Of a DNA stretch of 64,000 nt, positions 1 through 8,744 are shown piece after piece; the stretch's first letter is position 1; each line of letters begins with the position of its first letter. The notes under the pieces are model-generated. The model did not search any database. It had not been told where the DNA came from and saw nothing but the letters and a program-made list of their open reading frames with translations. The translations under genes were made by a program, and so were the position numbers. This DNA comes from Actinomycetota bacterium (lineage in GTDB: Bacteria; Actinomycetota; UBA4738; HRBIN12): positions 2,258 to 66,257 of the forward strand of contig DASUQI010000058.1 in assembly GCA_036280655.1 (NCBI GenBank). The letters are read 5' to 3'.

Positions 1-2354
1 ACCGCGAGCGAGCGGACCTGCTCGGACAGCGCGAGCGCCAGCGCGAGGGAGGCGAGGAAGGTCTCGCCGCCCGAGAGCGTCCGCGCGCTGCGGCGCTCCT
101 CGCCGTTCCACGTGTCGACCACCGCGAACTCGTCGTCCTCGTACTCGAGGCGGTAGCGCCCGAGCGAGAGCGTGGCCAGGCGTTCCGAGCCGGCCGCGGC
201 GAGCAGCTGGAGCGCCTCGACCTGGAGGAAGGCCACGAGCCGATCGGCCCGGAGCTCCCCGGCGAGCGCCCCGAAGACGTCGGCTCGCGTCCGGTGCTCG
301 GCCACCCGTTCCTCGAGCGCCTCGGCCTTCGCCAGGTCCTCCCGCGCGCGGACGGCCCTATCGTCCGCGGTCGCGGCGTCCTTCGTCGCCCTCGTCCGGC
401 CGCTCGCGACGGCCCCGATCACGTCGGCGACGGTCGATGCCTCGGGGTCGATCGCGATCTCCTCGAACCCCTCGAGGTGCCTCGCCGCCTCGCGGACGAC
501 CTCCCGCTCCCCCTCGCCGAGCCGCTCCCCCACCTCCGCGAGCGACTCCGCGCTGGACGCGAACAGTCCCGCGAGGCCCGACGCCTTCGTGGCGAGCGCG
601 GCCGCGGGCTCCTTCCCGGTGAGCGGCGCGGGCGGCCGCGGCACCCGGTCGTCCAACGCGCGCGCGCGGTCGAGGAGTCCCACCGTGGCGATCGACGCGA
701 GTCGGCCGCGGGACTCCGCGAGCTCGGCGCCCAGCGCGTCCCGGTCGCGTTCGGCCTCGGCGACCGACGCACGCGCCTCGCCGACCGAGGTCTGCGCCTC
801 GTCGGCGGACGCCTCGAGCTCCTCGAGCGCGTCCATGCGCTCGTCGATCGCGGCGACCGGGTCCGCCGGGACCCCGCCGCCGAGCGCCTTCGCGAGCTCG
901 GCCTCGAGTCGGTCGGCATCCTTGCGCGCCTTCGCGAGCCCCGAATCGGATCGCGCGATCTGCGCCTTCGCGGCGCCGAGCGCAGCGGCGGCGGCGCTCT
1001 TGGCACGCTCGGCCTCCGCGAGCGAGCCCTGCGCCGTCTGCGCGTCCTTCCTCGCGCGGTCGAGCGCGACGCGCGCGGCCTCGAGCTTCTTCGGCCTCGC
1101 GGCCCGTGGGAGCTTCTCGATCTTCGCGCCGCACACGGGGCAGTCGTCGCCGGCGCGAACGCCGGCGCGAACGGCCGCGACGTGATCTTGGTGGCGGGCG
1201 TCCTCGAGCGCGGCCTCCGCCGCCTCGACCACCTCGATCGCCGAGGCCGCCGCGCCGACCGCCGACGCGACCGCTCGGTCGGCCTCTTCGTCGGCCGCCT
1301 CGAGATCGGCGACGGCGTCGTTGGCTCCCTCGAGCTCGGCCTCGGCGGCCTCGACCGTCGTCCGCGCGTCGAGCAGCGACTCGGCCTTCGTCCGAACCAC
1401 GGCGAGCTCGACCGTCCGTCCCCAGGACGCCTCGGCCTTCTCGAACGCCGCAACGGCCTTCGCCGCCGCGCGTTCGGCCGCCGTCACCGCCTTCGTCCGG
1501 TCCTTCAGCTCGCCCTCGATCTCGGCGGCGCGAGCGGAGACGTCGTCGAGCGCGCCGGCGACGTCCTCCGCAGAGTCCGCCGCCTCGCGCAGGTCGCGTT
1601 CGCAGGTCCGGAGCTCCTCGATCGTCCGCGAGCTCCCGGCCCACCGCTCCGCCACCGCGCGCACCTTCGCCTCAGCGTCGGCGACCGCGTGCTCGCGTTC
1701 GGCCGCCGCCTTCGCGAGCGTCTCCGCCTCGGCCACCGCGTCGGGGGTGATGCCCGCGTACTGGGTCTCGATCAGCGTCGTCACGGCGTTCGCGTCGGCG
1801 GCCGACTGCCGCTTGATCTCGCCCGCTCGCTTCCCCAGGCGCTCGAAGAGCTCGAGGCCGAGCAGCTCGGTGAGGATCGACCGGCGCTCCCTCGCGTCGC
1901 CGACGAGGAACTCCGCGAACCGCCCCTGCGGGAGCAGCACCGTACGGGTGAACGCCTCGTAGTCCAGGCCGATCGCCTCGCGGATCATCGCGTCGGCCTC
2001 CTTCACGCGATCCGAGCCCGGCGGCTGATGCCAGTCCGTTCCGGTCCACTCCTCCAGTTGGATCTTGGTCGCACCCTTGACCGGCGTGCGTCGCGTGATC
2101 CGATACCGGCGGTCCCCCGACTCGAACTCGAGCAGGACGGACATGACGGGCTGCCCCTGGCTGATCAGCTGCGAGCACTGCCTGCCCACGCGGTCCACGT
2201 AGCCGAACAGCGCGTAGGTCATCGCGTCGAGCATCGAGGACTTGCCCGAGCCAGTGGGGCCGGCGATCGCGAACAGATCGAGCCCCTCGAAGTCGACCCG
2301 CTGCTCGTCGCGGAACGACGTGAACCCCTTGATCTGGAGCGAGACCGGCCTCAC
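1..2354 (-). CDS. sbcC: SbcC/Rad50-family DNA repair ATPase (C-terminal end runs off the left window edge)
   Basis: Not in the supplied ORF track (no stop inside the window). Manual minus-strand translation from GTG 2354 gives VRPVSLQIKGFTSFRDEQRVDFEGLDLFAIAGPTGSGKSSMLDAM (Walker A). A long Ala/Glu/Arg coiled coil follows, then the zinc hook GDDCPVCGAKIEKLP (CPVC = 1142..1131) and the ABC signature LSGGETFLASLALALALSEQ near 20-77. The GTG overlaps the sbcD stop (GTGA). Confidence 0.85.
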   Translation of the reverse strand, partial: MRPVSLQIKGFTSFRDEQRVDFEGLDLFAIAGPTGSGKSSMLDAMTYALFGYVDRVGRQCSQLISQGQPVMSVLLEFESGDRRYRITRRTPVKGATKIQLEEWTGTDWHQPPGSDRVKEADAMIREAIGLDYEAFTRTVLLPQGRFAEFLVGDARERRSILTELLGLELFERLGKRAGEIKRQSAADANAVTTLIETQYAGITPDAVAEAETLAKAAAEREHAVADAEAKVRAVAERWAGSSRTIEELRTCERDLREAADSAEDVAGALDDVSARAAEIEGELKDRTKAVTAAERAAAKAVAAFEKAEASWGRTVELAVVRTKAESLLDARTTVEAAEAELEGANDAVADLEAADEEADRAVASAVGAAASAIEVVEAAEAALEDARHQDHVAAVRAGVRAGDDCPVCGAKIEKLPRAARPKKLEAARVALDRARKDAQTAQGSLAEAERAKSAAAAALGAAKAQIARSDSGLAKARKDADRLEAELAKALGGGVPADPVAAIDERMDALEELEASADEAQTSVGEARASVAEAERDRDALGAELAESRGRLASIATVGLLDRARALDDRVPRPPAPLTGKEPAAALATKASGLAGLFASSAESLAEVGERLGEGEREVVREAARHLEGFEEIAIDPEASTVADVIGAVASGRTRATKDAATADDRAVRAREDLAKAEALEERVAEHRTRADVFGALAGELRADRLVAFLQVEALQLLAAAGSERLATLSLGRYRLEYEDDEFAVVDTWNGEERRSARTLSGGETFLASLALALALSEQVRSLA

Positions 2355-3523
2355 GGCGCGGACTCCGTCTCGAGCTCGAGGACCTCATCGAACGCCGCGA
2401 GCAGCTCGTCCGCCGGCGCGGCGCCGTGGTGCGCCTGGTGGTACGCGACGAACTGGTCGCGCGGGTGCAACGACGACAGCGGCGGGCCGGCGTCGCCCGA
2501 GCCTTCGGCGCGCTCGTACTCGAGGTGCACGTCGAGCGCGTTCGGCAGCTCGTCGCGGATCCGGTCCGCGATCCCGGGCACCGGCCCGTAGGTCGCGACG
2601 AAGACCCGGAGCCAGGCGTCGCCCGCCGCCGACCCCTGCTCGATCACCTCGTCGAGCGTGCCGCGCACGTCCCGCAGCGCTCGACCGCTCGAGAGCGGCA
2701 CCTCCGTCACCTTGGACGGCTTCCCCGGCGCCGCCTCCACGATCGCGACGCTCTTGCGCTGCCCCGCCTCGCCGAAATCGAGCTGCAGCAGCGACCCGGC
2801 GTACCGCGCCTGCGCCGGCGACCCCTTCACCACCTGCGGCAGGTGCACATGACCGAGCGCGACGTACGCGGCCTCGGCCGGCAGGCGCGACGGCGGGACC
2901 GCGTACGCGATGCCGATCGTGAGCTCGCGCTCGCCGCCGCCCGGCGTGACGAGCGCGCCGTCGGTGAACAGGTGCCCGAGCACGATCGGGATGCGGCCGG
3001 ACGTGAACCCCGTCGCCATCGTCGCGAGCAGCTCGCCCATCCCCTGCGCGTAGGACTGGAACCACGTCTCGCCGGCGTCGAACAGCGCGGCCGCGTCGCC
3101 GAAGCGCCGCTCGGGGACGAACGGGACGCACGCGATCTCGGCCTCCTCGGAGCCGTCGCGGCTCGGGACGACGACGATCCCGCCCTGCCCCGGTGGCGCG
3201 ACGCGCGGGACGACGTGGACGCCGATCGGCTCGAGCAGCCTGCCGAACGCCTCCATCCGCATCGCCGAGTCGTGGTTGCCCGGGATCGTGACGACCCGGA
3301 TCCCGGCGTCGTGCAGCCGCAGGAACGCGTCGAACACGAGGGCGTCGGCCTCGGGGGCCGGCGCGCGATGCTCGTAGACGTCGCCCGCGAGCAGGACGCC
3401 GTCGACGCCCTCGTCGACGGCGATCCCCACCACCTCGTCGAGCGCGGCCGCGAACTCCTCGGCGCGCGACCGGCCTCGGATCGCTCGCCCGACGTGCCAG
3501 TCGCCCGTGTGCAGGAACCGCAG
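2351..3523 (-). CDS. sbcD: SbcD/Mre11-family nuclease (metallophosphoesterase)
   Basis: Phosphoesterase motifs LRFLHTGDWHVG, LLAGDVYEH, TIPGNHDS, VLGHLF and ALGHVHLPQ. Motif I lies upstream of the track's first GTG (3433), and no ATG/GTG/TTG precedes it. The best candidate start is CTG 3523, preceded by GAGGGGG. The start coordinate is uncertain. Stop is TGA 2351-2353. Confidence 0.85.
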   Translation of the reverse strand: MRFLHTGDWHVGRAIRGRSRAEEFAAALDEVVGIAVDEGVDGVLLAGDVYEHRAPAPEADALVFDAFLRLHDAGIRVVTIPGNHDSAMRMEAFGRLLEPIGVHVVPRVAPPGQGGIVVVPSRDGSEEAEIACVPFVPERRFGDAAALFDAGETWFQSYAQGMGELLATMATGFTSGRIPIVLGHLFTDGALVTPGGGERELTIGIAYAVPPSRLPAEAAYVALGHVHLPQVVKGSPAQARYAGSLLQLDFGEAGQRKSVAIVEAAPGKPSKVTEVPLSSGRALRDVRGTLDEVIEQGSAAGDAWLRVFVATYGPVPGIADRIRDELPNALDVHLEYERAEGSGDAGPPLSSLHPRDQFVAYHQAHHGAAPADELLAAFDEVLELETESAP

Positions 3524-3526
3524 CGC

Positions 3527-5218
3527 CTAGTCCCCCTCGAACCGCTCGAACACCGACGCCGCGCTCGCGGTGTCGGCCTCGTCGGCGCGCGTCGCCCACG
3601 CCGGGAACGGGAAGCGGATCTGCAGCGGCACCGGGATGTGCGGCTGCTGCAGGATCATCGAGCCCGGCTTGAGGATCGACGCCCGCGCCCTGGTGACCGC
3701 CGGCAGGAACCCGTACTCGCTCCGCGCGGCCTCCGCCGTGTCGAGCCGCCCGACGACGCGGAACGCGCTGTTCGAGATCACGCGGCGCTCGACCTCGGAC
3801 GCGGTCTGCTCCGCGCCGACGAGGATCATGCCGAGCGAACGACCGCGTTCGGCGACGTCGAGGAGCACCTCCTTGATCGGGCTCCAGCCGTCGCGCGGCG
3901 CGTAGCGGTTCAGCTCATCCAGGACGAGGAAGGCGAGCGGCTCGCGCCGGCCCATCCGCTCCTTGTGCTCGAACAGCCGCTTGATCACCACGCCGGTCAC
4001 GAACCGCTTCGCGCGGTCGTGCAGGTTGTGGATGTCCACGACCGTGACCTGGTAGGACCCCCAGTCGATCCGGTGGCGTTCGGGGTGCTCGGCGTCGCGC
4101 CCGCGGATCAGGTGGCCCATCCGGAACCGCGCGGCGTCGAGCCGGCGGATGAACGCGCTCACGGTGGCGTCCGAAACCCGCCCGCGCCACGACGAGCCGT
4201 CGGTGTCGACCTCCTCGGCCACGATCTCGCACAGGCGCGAGAAGTCCTCGACCGGGTAGCCGCCGAACGTCACGGTCGCGTCGTTCTCGGGATCGTCCTC
4301 GCACTCGCGGTCGAGCGCCGCCTCGATGCGGGCGACGAGGTCCGCGATCTGCGAGCGCTCGTCCTCGGCCTCGGCGAACATGAACCGCAGGAAGCGCTCG
4401 CGCACGAACTCGCGCACGGTCCAGAAGTACGCGGTGACGCCCTCGGAGCGACCCTCGACTTGCGGGATCGCCTGCCCGCCCGAGTCCGGACGGATCGGCG
4501 CCCACAGGCCCACGCTCTCGAACGCGCCGGCCGGCAGCCCGAGTCGGTCGTAGTCCTCGCGGTCGCGCTCGGTGAGCCGGGCGTTGGGGGTGTCGAGCCA
4601 CATCAGGTCCTCGCCCTTGACGTTGAACACGAGCGCCTTCGTGTTGGTGGCGTACCTGCCAAGGGCGTCGGTGTGGAACAGCGCATACAACAGGAACAGG
4701 GCGTACGTCGTCTTCGTCGCGACGCCAGAGACGCCGCTGATGTTCACGTGCGCGCCGCGCGTCCCGTCGAGGAAGTCGAGGTCGAGGAACACGGGCTCGC
4801 CGTCCCGCGTGAGGCCCGCGGCGACGCGGCGGTCCATCTGGTCGAAGTACATCGCCTCGTCTCGGTCCTTGCCCCGCGCGCGGAGCGCCGGGAGGCCCGG
4901 CATCGGCGGGACGAACACCTCGGGCTCGAACCGCGTGGCGACCACCTGGGCGGCCACCGCGGTGTCGACGGGGAGCACGCCGCGCTCCACGAGGAACACA
5001 TCGGTGTCGAACTGCGCGCCCTCGTGCCGCGCGCGCACGTCCTGCACGATCCCGGCGATCCGGAGGGCGCCCCGACCGGGCACCTCGGTGTCGACGACGA
5101 CCGCGTCGTCGAGCTGCAGGTACGCGTCGGGCGCCACGCCGACCCAGAACGTGAGCGGCGTCGCGTCCTCGGTCCCGAGCACCATCCCGACGGGCTCGGA
5201 CGTCTCCTCGACGCTCAT
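3527..5218 (-). CDS. herA: HerA-type (FtsK/HerA superfamily, DUF87-like) ATPase
   Basis: 563 aa from ATG 5218 (ATGA overlap with the upstream stop). It has an N-terminal HAS-barrel-like segment (VGMVLGTEDATPLTFWVGV...LRIAGIVQDV), a P-loop region NISGVSGVATKTTYALF, and Walker B LAFLVLDELNRYAP. The 943-aa track ORF is this gene plus an out-of-phase N-terminal shadow over nurA. Confidence 0.75.
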   Translation of the reverse strand: MSVEETSEPVGMVLGTEDATPLTFWVGVAPDAYLQLDDAVVVDTEVPGRGALRIAGIVQDVRARHEGAQFDTDVFLVERGVLPVDTAVAAQVVATRFEPEVFVPPMPGLPALRARGKDRDEAMYFDQMDRRVAAGLTRDGEPVFLDLDFLDGTRGAHVNISGVSGVATKTTYALFLLYALFHTDALGRYATNTKALVFNVKGEDLMWLDTPNARLTERDREDYDRLGLPAGAFESVGLWAPIRPDSGGQAIPQVEGRSEGVTAYFWTVREFVRERFLRFMFAEAEDERSQIADLVARIEAALDRECEDDPENDATVTFGGYPVEDFSRLCEIVAEEVDTDGSSWRGRVSDATVSAFIRRLDAARFRMGHLIRGRDAEHPERHRIDWGSYQVTVVDIHNLHDRAKRFVTGVVIKRLFEHKERMGRREPLAFLVLDELNRYAPRDGWSPIKEVLLDVAERGRSLGMILVGAEQTASEVERRVISNSAFRVVGRLDTAEAARSEYGFLPAVTRARASILKPGSMILQQPHIPVPLQIRFPFPAWATRADEADTASAASVFERFEGD

Positions 5219-6249
5219 GCCGCCTCCCGCATCAGCCACTCCGTGATCGCGCGCCGGATCAGGCCGCGATGTCCCATCCGGTGCTGCAGCCAGGTCTCGA
5301 GCCCGCCGACCGGCGCGAGGTTCTGCGGATAGCGGGGATCGGTTGCCCGCCCGGCGAACCGCGGCAGCGTCGCGCTCACCCGGTCGGCGAGCGACCGCGC
5401 CGCGTCGATGCCTACGCCCGCCCGGACCTCGCAGCGGACGAGCCCCGCGTGGTCGTGCCACGCCGGGCGGGAGGGCACGAGGCGCGTGTACCAGGCGAAG
5501 CGCTCGAACGCCTGCCCCTCGTACGCGAGCCCGAACAGCGGCGTGCGCTCCCCCGGCGACAGCCGCCCGAGCAGCGCGTCGTGCTCGGGCCCCAGGTACG
5601 CGCGGACGAATCGCTTCACGACGCCGACGATCGGCGAGGTCGTCTCGTCCCGCAGCGTCTTCAGCGGGCCGTCGGCGAGGACGAGGCAGCCGCTCGAGGC
5701 GGCGATCCGCGTGGCGATCGCCGCCTCGGCGCCGCGCATCGCCTCCTGCAGGCCGTGCAGCGGCGTGTCGGGGTCGGGCCCCGTCTCCGTCCGCGGCTCG
5801 AACACCAGCCGGTGCGATCCCGCCTCGAGCTCGACCCGGGTCGCCGAACGGCCGCCGCCCAGCACGAGGTTGCGTCCCACGTCGTGCTCGGCGAACGTCG
5901 CGCGGCCGTCGCTGCGGACGGCCCCGACCGCCCACGAGCCGAACAGGCCGTGGACCCGTGCCCCGTGCTCCTCGGCGAGCACCCGCAGCTCGACCCGCCG
6001 AACCCCGTCGACGAACCAGGTGACGCAGGGTTCCGGCTGCGCCGGCGTGAGGGGGCGCGACCAGTCGGCGCTCTCGACGTCGGGATCTGCCGTCGCGGGG
6101 ACCTCGCCCAGCCGGGCCTCGAAGCCCATCCCGTAGTCCGGCGTCCACGGGTCGGCGCGCAGCGTGAGCACGAGCCGAAGCGTAACGGAGGCCCACGACA
6201 GCCGGGCCCTTCCCCGACCGGCCATGTGGGACCAGGTCCCGGGGTCCAA
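5215..6249 (-). CDS. nurA: NurA-like nuclease (call by motif and context)
   Basis: 344-aa ORF with NurA-like acidic motifs VTWFVDGVRRVE and CLVLADGPLK. It sits directly upstream of herA and overlaps it. Start could be ATG 6249 or ATG 6225. Confidence 0.5.
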   Translation of the reverse strand: MDPGTWSHMAGRGRARLSWASVTLRLVLTLRADPWTPDYGMGFEARLGEVPATADPDVESADWSRPLTPAQPEPCVTWFVDGVRRVELRVLAEEHGARVHGLFGSWAVGAVRSDGRATFAEHDVGRNLVLGGGRSATRVELEAGSHRLVFEPRTETGPDPDTPLHGLQEAMRGAEAAIATRIAASSGCLVLADGPLKTLRDETTSPIVGVVKRFVRAYLGPEHDALLGRLSPGERTPLFGLAYEGQAFERFAWYTRLVPSRPAWHDHAGLVRCEVRAGVGIDAARSLADRVSATLPRFAGRATDPRYPQNLAPVGGLETWLQHRMGHRGLIRRAITEWLMREAA

Positions 6250-6294
6250 TCCCCTGGCCGGGGGACTCCGCCCTGCCTCGGGGCCTGCCGATAG

Positions 6295-7350
6295 GTGCCG
6301 AGGACGAGACGAAAGCTGATGGACGAAGGGAGGACCTTGCTCGGCTCCCTGGCCTCACGCCGGATGCGACCGATCTGGGGCTGGCTCGCCTTCGCCCTGG
6401 TCATCGCGCTGTCGACGTCGCTCCTGCTCGCGGTTGAGGCACGGGAGGACGCCCTCCGGCGGAACGCGGCCGCCGCCGAGCGCGTGGCGCAGACCGAGCT
6501 CGCCCGCCTGCTCCAACCCTCCGATCTCGCCGCGCCGGTCCATGGCGACCGGGCCGACGAGCTCGGACGCGACATCGACGAACGCATCATCTCCACAACC
6601 CCGATCGATCGCGTCCGCATCTACTCGGCGCTCGGGAGGATCCTGTACGCGGAGGACACCGGCATCGTGGGGACGCACGCCACCTACCTCCGGAACCTGA
6701 CGTTCGAGATCGCGAACGGCGAGACCGCGGTCAGCCAGATCCACAGCGGTTCGCTGCAGACGCTCGTGCCGATGTGGCTGTCCCCGGACGGCCCCGTCGG
6801 CGTGGCCGAGCTCTCGCAGCCGTTCGGGCCGATCGCGTCGAAGGCGACCGCCCGCTGGCACCTCGTCGCCTTGGCGTGCGGAGCGCTGCTGCTCGGGGCG
6901 GTCGGGATGGTCATCGCGACGAGCCTCGCGAGGCCGAGGGTCGCGCTCCCCCGCACCCGCGTCGGCGCGAGAAGGCCGGGACACCCCTCGCCGTCGCCGA
7001 ACGTCTGGCCCGCGGCGCAGCCCCGCGCCACCGCGTCGCCCGTCGGCGCCCCCTCGCCGCAGCAGCGCAAGGAGCTGGACGACGCGCTCGCCCGGATCGA
7101 CGAGCTCGAGCGCCGGATGGGCGCGGCCGGCGAGCGCGACGCCGAGCTTCGGGCCCTGCGCACGAAGCTCCGCGAGACGACCGAGCAGCTCGACCGGGCC
7201 GAGATCGACGCCGACACACTGCGCGACCGGCTGGCGCTCACCCAGCGGGCGCTCGAAGAGGAGATCCAACACGGCGGCGCGGACGAGGTGAGCATCCGGC
7301 GGCCTGGTGGACGGACGGGGTCGCCGACGGCGAGGAGTACGAATGGCTGA
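6295..7350 (+). CDS. Membrane protein with an extracytoplasmic loop and a C-terminal coiled coil, family unknown
   Basis: Two predicted TM helices (IWGWLAFALVIALSTSLLLAV; WHLVALACGALLLGAVGMVIATSL) flank a segment of about 150 aa. A Pro-rich linker and a coiled coil follow (QQRKELDDALARIDELERRM...RDRLALTQRALEEE). Divergent from nurA. Alternative start is ATG 6319. Confidence 0.55.
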   Translation: MPRTRRKLMDEGRTLLGSLASRRMRPIWGWLAFALVIALSTSLLLAVEAREDALRRNAAAAERVAQTELARLLQPSDLAAPVHGDRADELGRDIDERIISTTPIDRVRIYSALGRILYAEDTGIVGTHATYLRNLTFEIANGETAVSQIHSGSLQTLVPMWLSPDGPVGVAELSQPFGPIASKATARWHLVALACGALLLGAVGMVIATSLARPRVALPRTRVGARRPGHPSPSPNVWPAAQPRATASPVGAPSPQQRKELDDALARIDELERRMGAAGERDAELRALRTKLRETTEQLDRAEIDADTLRDRLALTQRALEEEIQHGGADEVSIRRPGGRTGSPTARSTNG

Positions 7351-7531
7351 CACGCTCGAGGCGAGCGGGATCGGTGGGAGGGACGAGGCGGAGGACGACG
7401 ACGCCGGGACCGAGCGCGATGCGCTCGCGAGCCACGTCTCGGCCGCAACATTCGGCGCCCCGAACGACGGGACGGCCGGGCTCCGCGAGCTCGGCGGGCC
7501 CGACGACCTGCCCGGCGAGGTGACGATCTAG
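7343..7531 (+). CDS. Small acidic protein (62 aa), unknown function
   Basis: ATG 7343 is preceded by GAGGAG (7331-7336). Third-position G/C bias is strong in this frame. Sequence MADTLEASGIGGRDEAEDDDAGTERDALASHV... It overlaps the preceding stop by 8 nt. Confidence 0.45.
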   Translation: MADTLEASGIGGRDEAEDDDAGTERDALASHVSAATFGAPNDGTAGLRELGGPDDLPGEVTI

Positions 7532-7543
7532 CGACGCCGGTTC

Positions 7544-7567
7544 GGAGCGCGATGCCCGCGACGCTCC
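7544..7567. terminator. GC-rich hairpin between convergent genes
   Basis: GGAGCGCG-atgcc-CGCGaCGCTCC lies between the 7343-7531 (+) gene and the acyl-CoA dehydrogenase (-). There is no U-tract. Confidence 0.3.
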
Positions 7568-7580
7568 GGTCCGGCGGCGC

Positions 7581-8741
7581 TCACTCCAGCGAGCGGAGCA
7601 GCTCGCGCGCGATCACGATGCGCTGGATCTGGTTCGTGCCCTCGTAGATCTGCGTGATCTTCGCGTCGCGCATGAGCCGTTCGACCGGGTACTCCCTCAC
7701 GTAGCCGTAGCCGCCGAACACCTGCACGGCATCGGTCGTGATCCGCATCGCGGCGTCGGACGCGAAGCACTTCGCGACGCTCGAGAAGTACGACATGCGG
7801 GGATCCTCGGCGTCGCAGAGCGCCAGCGCCTTGTACACGAGCATCCTCGCGGCCTCGAGCTGCATCGCCATGTCGGCGAGCATGAACGAGACCCCCTGGA
7901 ACTCGGACACGGGCTTGCCGAACTGCCGTCGCTCGGTCGCGTACCGCGCCGCCGCGTCGAGCGCGCCGGCCGCGATCCCGACCGCCTGCGCCCCGATCAC
8001 CGGCCTCGAGTAGTCGAGCGTTCTGAGCGCGTACGCGAAGCCCTCGCCCTCCTCGCCGATCAGCCGGTCCGCCGGGATGCGCGCGTCGGTCATGATCACC
8101 TCGCGCGTGGGCGAGCCCCGGATCCCCATCTTGTCTTCCTTGCGTCCGAACTCGACACCGGGGTCGTCCTTCATGAGGAGGAACGCCGAGACGCCCTTGC
8201 CGCGGAGCGCCGCGTCCCTCGTCGCGAAGACCGCGTACGCGTGGGAGACGCCGGCGCCCGTGATGAACCGCTTCGTCCCGTTCAGGACCCACGCGTCGCC
8301 ATCGCGCTCGTACCGCGTGGTCATCGCGGCCGGGTCGGATCCGGCGCCGGCCTCGGTGAGCGCGTAGGACATCAGCAGCTCGCCGCGCGCGATCCCCTCG
8401 GTCATGCGGCGGGCCTTCTCGTCGTCGCCCGCGATCCGGAGCGGGATCACGCCGAGCTTGGACACGAGCGGCGTGAGCGAGACCCCGGCCGAGACGCGCG
8501 ACAACTCCTCGATGAACACGCCGAACGCGAGCGAGCCGCCCCCCGATCCGCCGTGCTCCTCGGGGTAGCCAACCCCCATCAGGTCGTTGTCGACGAGGAC
8601 CTTGTACACGTCCTCGGGCCACTCGTCGGTCTCGTCGATCTCGGCGGCCCGGGGCGCGATGCGGTCCTCCGCGATCTGCCGCACGAGCGCGCGGAACTCC
8701 TCGAGCTCCTCGGGCAGCTCGAACCGCTCGACGTCCGCCAT
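7581..8741 (-). CDS. Acyl-CoA dehydrogenase (short/butyryl-CoA type)
   Basis: 386 aa with full-length ACAD similarity: ...[44 protein letters not shown]..., C-terminal [37 protein letters not shown]. Confidence 0.9.
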   Translation of the reverse strand: MADVERFELPEELEEFRALVRQIAEDRIAPRAAEIDETDEWPEDVYKVLVDNDLMGVGYPEEHGGSGGGSLAFGVFIEELSRVSAGVSLTPLVSKLGVIPLRIAGDDEKARRMTEGIARGELLMSYALTEAGAGSDPAAMTTRYERDGDAWVLNGTKRFITGAGVSHAYAVFATRDAALRGKGVSAFLLMKDDPGVEFGRKEDKMGIRGSPTREVIMTDARIPADRLIGEEGEGFAYALRTLDYSRPVIGAQAVGIAAGALDAAARYATERRQFGKPVSEFQGVSFMLADMAMQLEAARMLVYKALALCDAEDPRMSYFSSVAKCFASDAAMRITTDAVQVFGGYGYVREYPVERLMRDAKITQIYEGTNQIQRIVIARELLRSLE

Positions 8742-8744
8742 CGC

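Noticed and set aside
294-2591. 765-aa plus-strand ORF, together with the other ORFs listed between 172 and 2388
   Set aside because: Arg/Gly/Pro/Ala-rich low-complexity translation lying antisense to a clearly recognisable SbcC/Rad50 reading frame. This is a typical high-GC shadow ORF.
2426-5332. 968-aa plus-strand ORF
   Set aside because: It lies antisense to sbcD and herA, which have clear motifs. The composition is Arg/Asp/Leu/Pro junk with no recognisable domain.
5219-6358. N-terminal 380 aa of the 943-aa minus-strand ORF 3527-6358
   Set aside because: It is out of phase with, and overlaps, the NurA-like gene, and its composition is Arg/Gly/Ala-rich. The HerA domain begins at ATG 5218, which forms an ATGA overlap with the upstream stop.
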